Source of the DNA: Archangiaceae bacterium
GTDB lineage: Bacteria > Myxococcota > Myxococcia > Myxococcales > Myxococcaceae
Length of the DNA stretch: 16,093 nucleotides
Direction: 5' to 3'
Assembly (NCBI GenBank): GCA_043750125.1
Contig: JAYVCD010000335.1
Span: 1-16,093 of the forward strand
Below the pieces are notes generated by a model. That model ran no database searches and had not been told where the DNA came from. It saw only the letters and a program-made list of their open reading frames with translations. Position numbers and translations under genes: made by a program. Positions 15,911 through 16,093 of the stretch are shown in pieces (position 1 is the stretch's first letter; each line of letters begins with the position of its first letter).

Positions 15911-16093
15911 TCAGGTCGGGGCCCGCCGCTCCAACTCCTTCAGGTGCCATTCGAGTTCGCGCTCTTCTTCTGCGACCTCGAACCCCACCGCGCGCGGACG
16001 CGGCACCCGAATGCCCAGCCGCTTCGCGGTCCGTCGCTGGAGCGCGAAGATGGCGCCGACGAACGCGCGTAGGGCCGCCGACAGCAGGCTCCC
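15911..16093 (-). pseudogene. Truncated IS91-family transposase fragment running in from the window edge, fused to an unrelated tail
   Basis: The minus frame reads GSLLSAALRAFVGAIFALQRRTAKRLGIRVPRPRAVGF (16093-15980), matching the segment that precedes the QRFG..HxH motif of IS91-like transposases. It then continues EVAEEERELEWHLKELERRAPT* with no HUH motif. Confidence 0.6.

Overview
GC-rich, myxobacterial-looking accessory region in three parts. (1) 1-1530: the right end of an IS21-family element cuts the toxin gene of an AbiEi/AbiEii (type IV TA / abortive infection) pair. Next come a terminator-like hairpin and a short tRNA-fMet 3'-end-like sequence that may be an att junction. (2) 2045-13051: a self-contained cell-surface locus. 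It encodes a 1426-aa lipoprotein (about 9 IPT/TIG-like domains plus a Kelch propeller), a small OM beta-barrel, a sigma54 response regulator, a 33-Cys repeat lipoprotein, and an operon of secreted protein, TPR protein, TPR/14-strand Slam(DUF560)-like barrel and histidine kinase. All three structural transcription units have a GG-N10-GC sigma54 promoter, each preceded by two 16-bp palindromic boxes (ideal TGTACC-N4-GGTACA) exactly 22 bp apart. This is the best candidate for an undescribed system. (3) 13100-16093: a mosaic of gene fragments (trypsin-like protease, M19-like dipeptidase, TPR, IS91-like, cheB), an intact MYXO-CTERM surface protein and a truncated IS91-like transposase. All family calls are from motif recognition by eye, not database searches.
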